A stretch of 64,000 nt of DNA from Actinomycetota bacterium (GTDB taxonomy: Bacteria; Actinomycetota; UBA4738; CALAEC01): contig JBOGWB010000061.1 of assembly GCA_050693035.1 (NCBI GenBank), forward strand, positions 6,834 to 70,833, written 5' to 3'. The translations under genes and the position numbers were made by a program. The number at the start of each line of letters is the position of its first letter. Positions within the stretch are counted from its first letter, which is position 1. This document shows positions 24,927-34,358 of this stretch, piece by piece. Under the pieces are notes generated by a model. That model saw nothing but the letters and a program-made list of their open reading frames with translations, was not told the origin of the DNA and made no database searches.

Positions 24927-26153
24927 GTGCGCGAGCCCGGCTTCAGGGCGAGAGTGTTTGGTGACGCGTCGGGCGCCGTGGCCGATCTGGGGCTCCTGAT
25001 CCCAATCGCCGCGGCACTCATCGTCGAGAACGGTCTCGATGCAGGGACCGTGTTGGTGGGAGCGGGCGCGCTCTACGTCGGGGCCGGAATGTACTTCAAG
25101 GTTCCGGTGCCGGTGCAACCGATCAAAGCGGCGGCGGCCATCGCCATCGCCAGGGACCTGCCTCCGGCAACGATCGGGGCGGCCGGGCTCCTGTTGGGGT
25201 TCATCCTGGTGACCCTGTCGGCAACCGGTGCGGCGCGGTTCCTCGTTCGCGTGTTCACGAGGCCCATCGTCCGGGGCCTGCAGCTGGGGGTGGGGCTGCT
25301 CCTCCTCGAGAGCGCCTTGCGCCTTCCCAGGCCGCCCGTCGGGCCCGCGACCTGGACGGCCGTAGCCCTCACCGTCCTTCTCCTCGTCATGGCCGCCCGC
25401 AACCGGCGCTGGCCGCTGGCGCTAGGGATCGTCGCCGGCGGCGTCCTGTGGTCTGTCCTCAGCGGCCCGTATGCCGTGTCGCTGGAGCCGGAGCTGTGGC
25501 GTCCCACCTTCCTCACCGAGGTCTTCCACCCGGCCGTGCTCCTGTCGGCCCTGACGCTCCTCGTCATCCCGCAGATACCGCTCACATTCGGCAATGCCGT
25601 CGTGGCCCTCACCGACCTGGAGCATCGGTACTTCGGAGATCAAGCCCGGCGGGTGAGCCCCACCAGTGTCAGCCTGTCGTGCGGACTGGCCAACGTCGTG
25701 GTGGGAAGCCTCGGCGGGATGCCCCTGTGCCACGGTTCGGGGGGGCTGACCGCTCATTACCGTTCCGGCGCACGAACCTACCGAATGAACCTGCTGATCG
25801 GGCTTCCCCTCTTGGTCTTGGGGCTGGGTTTCGGCGCCACGGCGTTCTCCGCTCTGGGGCTCATCCCGGTGGTCGTGCTGGCAGGGCTCCTCGCGTTCAC
25901 CGGCGTCATGCACTCCCTGCTCGTCGCCGATCTGCGCGGATACGACCTCGCCGTCGCTCTCGGGATGGGAGCGGTCGGTCTCTGGACCTCGAACCTGGCC
26001 GTCTCGTTGGGACTCGGCCTAATGCTCGTGTGGCTGCCTTCCGTGGTGCAAGAGATGCGCCGACGGCGGAAGCGGGTGCGGCGGAGTGACGGTGGGGTCG
26101 GCCGAGTTGCGTCTGCGAAACTGAATCAGACCTCGGATCGGCAGAGGCCCTAG
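24927..26153 (+). CDS. putative sulfate/molybdate (MOT1-like) family transporter
   Basis: About 10 TM segments. The N-terminus FGDASGAVADLGLLIPIAAAL...YFKVPVPVQPIKAAAAIAIA resembles the molybdate-transporter-1-like family. Confidence 0.65.
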   Translation: MREPGFRARVFGDASGAVADLGLLIPIAAALIVENGLDAGTVLVGAGALYVGAGMYFKVPVPVQPIKAAAAIAIARDLPPATIGAAGLLLGFILVTLSATGAARFLVRVFTRPIVRGLQLGVGLLLLESALRLPRPPVGPATWTAVALTVLLLVMAARNRRWPLALGIVAGGVLWSVLSGPYAVSLEPELWRPTFLTEVFHPAVLLSALTLLVIPQIPLTFGNAVVALTDLEHRYFGDQARRVSPTSVSLSCGLANVVVGSLGGMPLCHGSGGLTAHYRSGARTYRMNLLIGLPLLVLGLGFGATAFSALGLIPVVVLAGLLAFTGVMHSLLVADLRGYDLAVALGMGAVGLWTSNLAVSLGLGLMLVWLPSVVQEMRRRRKRVRRSDGGVGRVASAKLNQTSDRQRP

Positions 26154-26258
26154 CCTCAGCCCGCAGGGGCCCAGCCAAGACCCTGGGTCCTGCTGGTTCT
26201 TCCCTCGCACACGAGCGCTCTAATGCGCGAGGCCGAATCCGGAACCTCACAGGGTGTG

Positions 26259-27716
26259 TCAGTTACTCCTTCCAGCGGCTCCTGCTTCTACCCAGGCTGT
26301 GGAAATCGCCAGCTCTGGAACAGCCGCTCTGAGTTTCTTCAAGCAGACGGTCTTCTTTGGGCCGTCTCCGCACCTGCGAAGCGAAAGTATGAGAGCCCTC
26401 CTCAGATGAGCGTCCCCGATCGTCAGGGCAAGCTCCGTCGCGTGGACGGGTCTCCAGCCTGGACCTCGTGCTCTCGCCTCCACACCCCAAGACCGACGGG
26501 GAACATATTGAGAAACGTCCCCTCCTAGGGACGTTTGCTCAACCTCGGCGGCCTCGACTTCACCGAGCCGTCCGCTGGAAAGGGCTCGCAGAAGGTGGAG
26601 CTGTTGAGCTGCGGAACGATCGTCGCAGGGCAAAGATGCCTGTCCTACAATCCACGCAGCATCGATGCGACGGGCAGCCAACAACCGCCCAAGGTAGGAA
26701 CCGCACTCGCGGGGAGCGATCGTCAAGATGTCGGGTCGAGATTGAAGAAGCGGGAAGGCAAACGGGTCGTCTCTCGCTCCCAGAACCTTGAGGCAAAACC
26801 GAACTCGTCTCGGGCTTGGCTCCTGCTCACCAAACCCCGACTCCAGCAGCGCTTTGACATGGCGGATGCCGTCTCCTGCCTGGAGAGCCTCGCTGACACG
26901 ACCGAGTGCAGGGTCCAGTAGAAAGTGCTCCGCCGGTAATGCGCCTTCGATAAGGTGAGTCTTCTCCTCGTTTAGCTGAAGACCGAGATTCGACACCTCC
27001 ATCCCGATCACGCCACGGATAGCTTCCCAGTCATAATCTCCGGAGAGATAGATCCGCACGTCGTCGGTGTAACGATCGAATGAGTGCCCCCATCCCCGCA
27101 GAGCGTGGTCCACAGAGACGAGAGCAGCGTTGCCCAGGATTCCAGACCCTTCCAGTCCGATAGGCAACCCCCGAACCCCCACATCTCCCGCATGGTCTGG
27201 AGCCATCCCAATAGGTCGGTGATCGCCCCACGATCGCACCCGACCCTTAGAAGCGCCCGAGAAAGGGCTTCGGAAGTAAGCGATGGATAATATTCTCGGA
27301 TGTCCACGGTTCCGAGGGCCGCGAAGGAAGGGTCAGAGAGAATCTGCTTGGCTCGATCTCGTCGAACCCGGTTCGCGTAAGCTGTGGCCCTACAGGACCA
27401 ACCTGGAGGCCATCGGACCAGCCGATAGGATAAGTTTTCCGGGCCCCATCTCCGCTTCGACAGAGGCAGCGACCCTCCCAACAAGCCATCGATATCCGAT
27501 CTCATCAATTGGTTCCGGCACGACCATCCGTCTCAGGCTGGGAGAGCTCTCTTTAGGCAACGGGAACGTGTGGCACGGAGCAGGCAGTGGTTGCTTGAGT
27601 CTCCTCAAAGCCGAAAGGGCGGCACGCTCGTCGAAGGCTGCATAGTCAGCCCAACCGACGACGTCGGGAACGGTCCCGCTCCCTTGTCCAGGGCCGCCCA
27701 GCGTGGAGAGTCTTGA
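26259..27716 (-). pseudogene. reverse transcriptase (UG/Abi-like, non-retron) read across three frames; pseudogene or homopolymer assembly errors
   Basis: Frame X (to 27390) reads FPLPKESSPSLRRMVVPEPIDEIGYRWLVGRV, RT motifs 1-2. Frame Y (27008..27508) reads LSYRLVRW...GTVDIREYYPSLTSEAL, motif A. Frame B (26259..27239) reads RGLPIGLEGSGILGNAALVSVDHAL, FDRYTDDVRIYL (YxDD) and GLQLNEEKT, then about 230 aa of helical tail. The Y-to-B shift lies at two G5 runs (27168-27180). Confidence 0.7.
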
Positions 27717-27798
27717 CTATCTCAGAGACGGCGCGTCCTGAGCCTTCCTTCCCCGTTCTAAACGCGATTCCTGAGAAGACGCCTTCCTATCTCTTTCC

Positions 27799-30588
27799 CT
27801 ACGAGCAGCCGCTGGTCGATCCGCAGGAGGAGCACACGTAGCACGATCCCGCGGGCTGCATCTTGGAACCGCACGAGTAGCACAGCGGGGCGTCGATTGC
27901 CTTCAGCTCGGGACGCTCTTTGGACGCCTCCCCCGCGGGCGCCACCGACGACGACGGCATGGACGGACCCACGCCCGCGACCGGCTCCCCACCGGTTGCG
28001 GGCGTGCTCGCGGCAGCGGCGCCTCCACTCGTACCGTTCGCCGCCTTGCGCTCGCCCACGGACTGGATCCCCAGTGCCGCTCGCTTCTCCGCGGGCAGAT
28101 ACTCCAGAGCCAGCCGGCGGAAGATGTAGTCCACGAGCGAGGCGGCGAACCGGATCTCCGGGTCGGCGGTGATCCCGGAGGGCTCGAAGCGCATGTTGAC
28201 GAACTTCTGCACGTACGCCTCGAGCGGAACGCCGTACTGGAGTCCCAGCGACACGCTGATGGCGAAGGCGTCCATCACCCCGGAGAGCGTGGAGCCCTGC
28301 TTGGCGACCTTCAGGAAGATCTCGCCGATCCCGTCGTCGGGGTACTCGCCGGCGATGATGTAGCCCTCGGCGTCGCCGACCCCGAACGAGATGGTCTTGG
28401 ACGGACGCGTGGCCGGCAGCCGGCGCCGAACGGGGCCGCCCTCAGGAGCTGCCGCCGCTGCCTGCTTCACCTTGCTGTCGGCCGACAGCGGCTGGGCGAC
28501 CTTGCTGGCGTTCCGGTAGATGGCCACGGCCTTCAGGCCGAGCTGCCATCCCTCCACGAGCAGCTGCTCAACCTCTTCCACGGTCACGTCCTCGGGCATG
28601 TTGACGGTCTTGGAGATTGCCCCGGAGATGAACGGCTGCACCGCGGCCATCATCTTCACGTGGCCCATGTAGTGGATGGCCTGCTCGCCCATGGACGTGT
28701 CGAACACCGAGTAGTGCTCCTCCTTGAGGTGCGGCGCCGCGGCCACGGAGTTGTGCTCGGCGATGTAGTCCACCACGTCTCGGACCTGCTCGTCGGTGTG
28801 CCCGAGCCGGCGAAGGGCCCGGGGCACCGTCTGGTTGACGATCTGCATCGTGCCCCCGCCGACCAGCTTCTTCGTCTTCACCAGGGCCAGGTCGGGCTCG
28901 ATGCCGGTGGTGTCGCAATCCATCATCAGCCCGATGGTCCCGGTGGGTGCGATCACCGACGCCTGGGCGTTCCGGTAGCCGTGCTGCTCGCCGAAGGCGA
29001 TGGCGTGGTCCCAGGCATTCCTGGCCGCGGACAGCAAGCCCTCCGGCACCAGCTCGGCGTCGATCTCGTCGGTCGCGGCCCGGTGCTTGCGCATCACCCG
29101 GAGCATGGGGTCCCGGTTCGGCGCGTAGCCGGCGAAGGGACCCATCTTCTCGGCCACCCGTGCCGACGTGGCGTAAGCGTGCCCGGTCATGAGGGCGGTG
29201 ATGGCGCCGGCCCAGGCCCGACCGCCGTCGGAGTCGTACGGCAGACCTCGGGCCATCAGCAGAGCGCCGAGGTTCGCGTATCCCAGGCCGAGCTGCCGGA
29301 ACGCCTTGGCGTTCCGCTCGATCTTCTCCGTGGGGTAGCTCGAGTTGCCCACGATGATCTCCTGGGCGGTGAACACGACCTCCACGGCGTGACGGAACGC
29401 GGGGATGTCGAAGTTGCCGTCCGCGTCGATGAACTTGAGCAGGTTCAGGCTGGCCAGGTTGCACGCCGAGTTGTCCAGGTGCATGTATTCGGAGCACGGG
29501 TTGCTCGCGTTGATGCGCCCGGATGCCGGGCACGTGTGCCAGTCATTGATGATGGTGTCGTACTGCATGCCCGGGTCGGCGCACTCCCAGGCGGCCTGGG
29601 CCATCTGACGCATGAGGTCCCGGGCCCGCAGCGTCTTCAGGGTCTCGTCGCCGGCGATCGCCTTCAGCTTCCAGTCGCGATCGTCCAGGTACGCCTGCAT
29701 GAACTCGTCGGTCACCCGGACGGAGTTGTTGGCGTTCTGGTACTGGGTCGAGTGTGAGTCCTTGCCGTCGAGGTCCATGTCGAAGCCGGCGTCCCGGAGG
29801 ACCCGGGCCTTCCGCTCCTCCACGGCCTTGCACCAGATGAAGCCCTCCACGTCCGGATGATCCACGTTGAGGACGACCATCTTCGCCGCCCGGCGGGTCT
29901 TGCCCCCGGACTTGATCGTCCCGGCCGAAGCGTCGGCCCCGCGCATGAAGGACACCGGCCCGGAAGCCAGACCACCCGCGGACAGCCGCTCCTTCGACGA
30001 GCGGATCGGGGACAGGTTGATCCCCGAACCCGACCCACCCTTGAAGATGGTCCCTTCCTCCACGTACCAGTTGAGGATGGAGCTCATCGTGTCGTCGATG
30101 GCGAGGATGAAGCACGCCGAGCACTGCGGGTGGGCCTCGACCCCGACGTTGAACCACACCGGAGAGTTGAACGCGGCCTTCTGGGTCACCAGCAGATGGG
30201 CGAGCTCGGAGGCGAACACGTCGGCGTCGCCCTCCACGGCGAAGTACCCACCTTTCAGGCCCCAGCCCTTGATGGTGTCGACGACCCGGCCGATCATCTG
30301 CCGGACCGAGGACTCCCGCTGGGGAGTGCCGAGGGGGCCACGGAAGTACTTCTGGGCGACGATGTTCGTGGCGTTCTGCGACCAGGACTTCGGAAACTCC
30401 ACCCCGCGCTGCTCGAAGGCGTTGCCGCCCTCCTTGTAGTTCGGGATGACCGCGTCGCGGGTCTCCCATTCGACCTCGTCGAAGGGATGCACACCCTCCT
30501 TCGTGAAATACCGACGGAAGGTCAGCCCCTGACCCTGGGTCCCGATGTCGCCTTCCTTCGTCGCCACGGCGCCCTTCCCCCCTTCCAT
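27799..30588 (-). CDS. nrdJ: class II (adenosylcobalamin-dependent) ribonucleotide reductase
   Basis: LTFRRYFTKEGVHPFDEVEWETRDAVI, NPCSEY, and a C-terminal Cys-rich tail CYSCGSKMQPAGSCYVCSSCGSTSGCS. ATG at 30588 (MEGGKG) was chosen because it lies downstream of the NrdR boxes. Confidence 0.92.
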   Translation of the reverse strand: MEGGKGAVATKEGDIGTQGQGLTFRRYFTKEGVHPFDEVEWETRDAVIPNYKEGGNAFEQRGVEFPKSWSQNATNIVAQKYFRGPLGTPQRESSVRQMIGRVVDTIKGWGLKGGYFAVEGDADVFASELAHLLVTQKAAFNSPVWFNVGVEAHPQCSACFILAIDDTMSSILNWYVEEGTIFKGGSGSGINLSPIRSSKERLSAGGLASGPVSFMRGADASAGTIKSGGKTRRAAKMVVLNVDHPDVEGFIWCKAVEERKARVLRDAGFDMDLDGKDSHSTQYQNANNSVRVTDEFMQAYLDDRDWKLKAIAGDETLKTLRARDLMRQMAQAAWECADPGMQYDTIINDWHTCPASGRINASNPCSEYMHLDNSACNLASLNLLKFIDADGNFDIPAFRHAVEVVFTAQEIIVGNSSYPTEKIERNAKAFRQLGLGYANLGALLMARGLPYDSDGGRAWAGAITALMTGHAYATSARVAEKMGPFAGYAPNRDPMLRVMRKHRAATDEIDAELVPEGLLSAARNAWDHAIAFGEQHGYRNAQASVIAPTGTIGLMMDCDTTGIEPDLALVKTKKLVGGGTMQIVNQTVPRALRRLGHTDEQVRDVVDYIAEHNSVAAAPHLKEEHYSVFDTSMGEQAIHYMGHVKMMAAVQPFISGAISKTVNMPEDVTVEEVEQLLVEGWQLGLKAVAIYRNASKVAQPLSADSKVKQAAAAAPEGGPVRRRLPATRPSKTISFGVGDAEGYIIAGEYPDDGIGEIFLKVAKQGSTLSGVMDAFAISVSLGLQYGVPLEAYVQKFVNMRFEPSGITADPEIRFAASLVDYIFRRLALEYLPAEKRAALGIQSVGERKAANGTSGGAAAASTPATGGEPVAGVGPSMPSSSVAPAGEASKERPELKAIDAPLCYSCGSKMQPAGSCYVCSSCGSTSGCS

Positions 30589-30680
30589 CCGGCCGTCCGG
30601 CCCCGGGGAAGCGGAGCCGAACGGAGGAAATGACAGTGGTGTGATTCTACGCCCGTCGTCCGAACCTGGCAACCATGATA

Positions 30681-30733
30681 CGCCGAGATGTTGTGGCTGA
30701 CCAGCCCACATACCACAACATGTTGTGGTATGT
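30681..30733 (-). promoter_or_regulatory. tandem NrdR boxes upstream of nrdJ
   Basis: A perfect 26-bp palindrome ACATACCACAACA|TGTTGTGGTATGT (30708-30733) has the core CCACAACATGTTGTGG. A second half-conserved box cgccgagATGTTGTGG (30681-30696) sits 32 bp centre to centre from the first. Confidence 0.75.
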
Positions 30734-30750
30734 CCCGGAAGGGGCGCTGG

Positions 30751-31224
30751 TCAGCGACGGGCTCGCTTGGGCTCTTTTTTCTGGAGCAGGAGCCCGAGCT
30801 CTCGCTCGAAATCGGTGAGCTCCTGGAAGTCCTTGTAGACCGAGGCGAATCGCATGTAGGCGACCTCGTCGACGCCCCGAAGCCCCGACAGCACCTCCAG
30901 GCCGACCTCCTGTGTGGTGACCTCGGGGCCGCGCCGGCGGAGCTGCTCCTCGACCCGGGAGGCCAGGCGCTCCACCTCTTCCTCGGAGACCGGGCGGTTC
31001 TTGATCGCCTTGACCACTCCCGCGACCAGCTTGGCCCGGTCGTAGGGCTCCCGGCCGCCGTCGCGCTTGATCACCGCCAAGCGGAGGCCCTCGGCCCGCT
31101 CGAACGTCGAGAACCGCCGTCCACAACTCGAGCACTCCCGGCGACGCCGGATGGCCTGCCCGTCCTCCGACGGGCGGGAATCCACCACCCGAGTATCGGG
31201 GCTCCCACACCAGACGCAGCGCAT
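30751..31224 (-). CDS. nrdR: transcriptional repressor NrdR
   Basis: MRCVWCGSPDTRVVDSRPSEDGQAIRRRRECSSCGRRFSTFE is the zinc ribbon, followed by an ATP-cone. The protein is 157 aa from the ATG at 31224. The longer track ORF is an upstream read-through artefact. Confidence 0.93.
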   Translation of the reverse strand: MRCVWCGSPDTRVVDSRPSEDGQAIRRRRECSSCGRRFSTFERAEGLRLAVIKRDGGREPYDRAKLVAGVVKAIKNRPVSEEEVERLASRVEEQLRRRGPEVTTQEVGLEVLSGLRGVDEVAYMRFASVYKDFQELTDFERELGLLLQKKEPKRARR

Positions 31225-31320
31225 CACGGCCCTCCGCCACAGCATCCTGGACCCGCCGCGTGCCGAACACAAGATGTGGGGGGCTCCACGCCGAGAGCCC
31301 GCCCCGGGCCATAATCGGGC

Positions 31321-32004
31321 ATGCCCCAGGAGTGGGAGCTCGTGCTGCGGCTCGTGGTGGCCGCGCTGCTCGGCGGGGCAGTCGGGCTCGAGCGCGAGAT
31401 CTCCGACCAGCCGGCAGGCTTCCGGACCCACCTCCTGGTGTCCCTGGGGTCGTGCCTGTTCGCCCTGGTCTCGGCGTTCGGGTTCAGCACGTTCCTCGGG
31501 GACCAGCCGCCCCAGGTCACGTTCGACCCATCCCGGGTGGCCGCCCAGATCGTCAGCGGGATCGGCTTCTTGGGGGCCGGGGCCATCATCCGCTACGGGA
31601 TGACCGTCCGGGGGCTCACCACCGCCGCCAGCCTCTGGGTGGTGGCCGCCATCGGGCTCGCCGCCGCCCTGGGCGCCTATCTCACCGCCGCGGTGACCGC
31701 AGGGATCACCCTGCTGGCCCTGTGGGGGCTGAAGAGGATACGGCCGCTCTTGGTGCGGGGCCTGAAGGAGGAGCACGAGGAGCTCGTCCTGGACGTGGAG
31801 CACAACCTCCAACTCGACTACCTGGTTCGGGCGCTGTCCCGGGAGGGGATCACCGTCGACCATCTCAGGGTCGAGGAGGAGGAGGGGGAGGGGAGCCGCC
31901 AGATCGTCCTGTTCGTCAAGCTCCCGCCGGGCGTGCGACCCGAGCAGGCCGTATCGTTCATCGACAACATGCCGGGCGTCCGCAACGTGGACTGGACCCC
32001 GTAG
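31321..32004 (+). CDS. MgtC/SapB family membrane protein
   Basis: LVLRLVVAALLGGAVGLEREISDQPAGFRTHLLVSLGSCLF is the MgtC family signature. The C-terminal domain is ACT-like. Confidence 0.85.
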   Translation: MPQEWELVLRLVVAALLGGAVGLEREISDQPAGFRTHLLVSLGSCLFALVSAFGFSTFLGDQPPQVTFDPSRVAAQIVSGIGFLGAGAIIRYGMTVRGLTTAASLWVVAAIGLAAALGAYLTAAVTAGITLLALWGLKRIRPLLVRGLKEEHEELVLDVEHNLQLDYLVRALSREGITVDHLRVEEEEGEGSRQIVLFVKLPPGVRPEQAVSFIDNMPGVRNVDWTP

Positions 32005-32008
32005 GTCG

Positions 32009-32314
32009 CTAGCCTTGCGGCACCAGCAGGGAGGCACCGGGGAGCAGCGGCTCCGACGGGGCCAGGGCGTTTGCCGTGCGGATCCGCTCCACGAATGGTC
32101 GGGGATCTCCCTCTGGCCCCACCGCGGCCCGGGCGATCTCCCACAGCGTGTCGCCCGGCCTCACGACGTACCGCTGGACGGCGGGGCTGCGGCCGGGTGG
32201 GGCTCCGCCGCCGCCACCCAGAGCGACCCGTCCGGTGGCCAGCACCAGGCTCCCCACCAGGGAGAGTGAGACGCCGAGCCGGACCCATCGAACCCGTGTT
32301 CGACCCACGGGCAC
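32009..32314 (-). CDS. LysM-domain membrane protein divergent from lexA; start uncertain
   Basis: YVVRPGDTLWEIARAAVG...FVERIRTANAL...LLPGASLLVP is a LysM domain, and a TM segment precedes it. GTG candidates lie at 32314 and 32308, and the ORF is open to 32368. The position mirrors the LexA-regulated LysM gene next to lexA in mycobacteria. Confidence 0.65.
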   Translation of the reverse strand: MPVGRTRVRWVRLGVSLSLVGSLVLATGRVALGGGGGAPPGRSPAVQRYVVRPGDTLWEIARAAVGPEGDPRPFVERIRTANALAPSEPLLPGASLLVPQG

Positions 32315-32362
32315 AGTATGGCGAACGTGTGTTCGACCGTCAAGGGTCGAACAGGTGTTTGA
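32288..32362. promoter_or_regulatory. three LexA (SOS/Cheo-type) boxes in the lysM-lexA divergent region
   Basis: TCGAACCCGTGTTCGA (32288-32303), CGAACGTGTGTTCG (32322-32335) and TCGAACAGGTGTTTGA (32347-32362). All fit GAAC-N4-GTT(C/T). Confidence 0.8.
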
Positions 32363-32377
32363 TTCCATGCTCCGGGG

Positions 32378-33010
32378 ATGCTACCGTCCCTCACTGACAT
32401 GGACGAAGTGACGCCCCGCCAGCGGCGCATCCTGGAGTTCATCCAGCGGACCGTCAGAGACCGGGGGTACCCCCCGACCGTCCGCGAGATCGGCGAGGCC
32501 GTGGGGCTGACGTCGTCCTCGAGTGTCCATGCCCAGCTCGAGAACCTGGGCCGCAGGGGCCTCCTTCGGAAGGACCCGTCCAAGCCCCGGGCCATCGAGG
32601 TGGCGGGGGTGCGTCCGGCCACGGCCGTGGAGGTCCCGGTGATCGGCAGGATCGCCGCGGGTGCCCCGATCCTGGCCGAGGAAAACGTGGAGAGCTACCT
32701 GCCCGTCGCCGACGAGCTGGCCGGCTCCGGGGAGCTGTTCGCCCTTCGGGTCCAGGGAGACTCCATGATCGAGGCGGGGATCCTCGACGGCGACCTGGTG
32801 GTGGTGCGCCGCCAAGACGTCGCCGGGGACGGGGCCGTCGTGGCCGCCCTGGTGCCGGGCCCGGCGGAGGACGAGGCCACCGTGAAGCGCCTGCGCCGAA
32901 ACGGAGGGAAAGTCGTCCTGGTTCCGGAGAACGAGGCCATGGAGCCGTTCGACATGCCCCCGGGGGGACGCCTGCTGGGCGTGGTCGTGACCGTCCTCAG
33001 GAAGGTCTGA
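32378..33010 (+). CDS. lexA: SOS repressor LexA
   Basis: [52 protein letters not shown], followed by an S24 peptidase domain ([19 protein letters not shown]...TVKRL). Confidence 0.93.
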   Translation: MLPSLTDMDEVTPRQRRILEFIQRTVRDRGYPPTVREIGEAVGLTSSSSVHAQLENLGRRGLLRKDPSKPRAIEVAGVRPATAVEVPVIGRIAAGAPILAEENVESYLPVADELAGSGELFALRVQGDSMIEAGILDGDLVVVRRQDVAGDGAVVAALVPGPAEDEATVKRLRRNGGKVVLVPENEAMEPFDMPPGGRLLGVVVTVLRKV

Positions 33011-33026
33011 CCACGACCCGGACCCC

Positions 33027-34358
33027 TCAGCCCGGCAGCCGCATGCGGGTCCTCGCCGGTTCCACGGCAAATTCCCGCATCCACTCGAGCTGATCCTCGC
33101 GGACCCGGGCCAGGAGGAAGGTACCCTCGTCCTCCGTGCGAGATTCCAGGACCTCGGCCTCCTCGTACAGTCGGGCCACCACGCGCTGCTGGTCATACGG
33201 CACGAACAGCCGCACCTCGACCGGAGGTGCGGGGAGCGTGGCGGCCACCCGGTCGAGCAGCTCTTCCAAGCCGTCTCCGGTCAGTCCCGAGACGAGGACC
33301 GCGTCAGGGAACCACCGCTGGGCCCGGGCTCGGTCCACCTCCGAGAGCAGGTCGGCCTTGTTGAGTGCCAGGACCTCCGGGATGCCGTCAGCCCCGATCC
33401 GGCCCAACACCTCCCTCACCGCCTGGACCTGTTCCTCCACATCCGCAGCGGAAGCGTCGGCCACGTGGAGCACCAGCGATGCCAGCCCCACCTCCTCGAG
33501 GGTGGAGCGGAACGCCTCCACCAGGTCGTGGGGAAGCTTCCGCACGAAGCCCACCGTGTCCGAGATCGTCGCCCGGCGGCTCCCCGGCAGCTTCAAACGG
33601 CGCACCGTCGGGTCGAGGGTGGCGAACAGCTGGTCGGCCACGAGGACCCCGGCGCGGGTGAGGGCGTTCATGAGCGTGGACTTCCCGGCGTTCGTGTAAC
33701 CGACCAGCGAGATCTGCGGCACCCGGGAACGCTCCCGGGCGGCCCGCTTGACCCGACGGGCCTTGGTGAGCGTGGCCAGGTCTCGACGGAGCTTCGTGAT
33801 CCGCCGCCTGATGTGCTGCCGGTCCACCTCCAGCTTCGTCTCACCGGGACCTCGAGTCCCGATGCCGCCGCCGAGGCGCGACATGGCCTCGCCCCACCCT
33901 CGCAGCCGGGGCAGGAGGTAGTTCAGTTGCGCCAGCTCGACCTGAACCTTCCCCTCCCTGCTCCGGGCGTGCTGGGCGAAGATGTCGAGGATCAGCGCCG
34001 TACGATCGACCACCTTCACCCCCAGGCGCTCCTCGACGTTCCGCAGCTGCGCCGGGGTGAGCTCCTCGTCCAAGACGACCAGCCCGGCGTCGAGCCCATG
34101 GATCATCCCGTGAAGCTCGTCGAGCTTGCCCCGCCCGATGAACGTCGACGGGTCCGGCTCGCTTCGCTTCTGGGCGATGCGTCCGACGACCTCCGCGCCC
34201 GCCGTGTCCACCAGCGCGGCCAGCTCGTCGAGGGCTGAGTCGTCACCGGCGCTGTTCCAACCGGCGAGGACCGCTCGTTCCCGGTACGCCGGGCGCCACC
34301 GCTCGGACAGCGGTGACTCGGTGACTGCGCGGCGTCCGCGCCTCCGACGATCGCTCAT
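33027..34358 (-). CDS. hflX: GTPase HflX
   Basis: The protein is 443 aa from the ATG at 34358, in an ATGA overlap with the upstream gene. Motifs are GRGKLDEL, GPGETKLE, GYTNAGKSTLMNALT, DTVGF and NKAD. The 748-aa track ORF is an artefactual extension. Confidence 0.92.
   Translation of the reverse strand: MSDRRRRGRRAVTESPLSERWRPAYRERAVLAGWNSAGDDSALDELAALVDTAGAEVVGRIAQKRSEPDPSTFIGRGKLDELHGMIHGLDAGLVVLDEELTPAQLRNVEERLGVKVVDRTALILDIFAQHARSREGKVQVELAQLNYLLPRLRGWGEAMSRLGGGIGTRGPGETKLEVDRQHIRRRITKLRRDLATLTKARRVKRAARERSRVPQISLVGYTNAGKSTLMNALTRAGVLVADQLFATLDPTVRRLKLPGSRRATISDTVGFVRKLPHDLVEAFRSTLEEVGLASLVLHVADASAADVEEQVQAVREVLGRIGADGIPEVLALNKADLLSEVDRARAQRWFPDAVLVSGLTGDGLEELLDRVAATLPAPPVEVRLFVPYDQQRVVARLYEEAEVLESRTEDEGTFLLARVREDQLEWMREFAVEPARTRMRLPG

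Noticed and set aside
26259-27716. Retron RT
   Set aside because: There is no VTG motif after the YxDD/EEKT region, and I could not recognise an msr/msd-like inverted-repeat pair. The helical C-terminal tail fits UG/Abi-type RTs better.
30589-30707. Cobalamin riboswitch in the nrdJ leader
   Set aside because: No B12-box-like element was recognisable, and the leader is only about 100 nt. The NrdR boxes explain regulation of this region.
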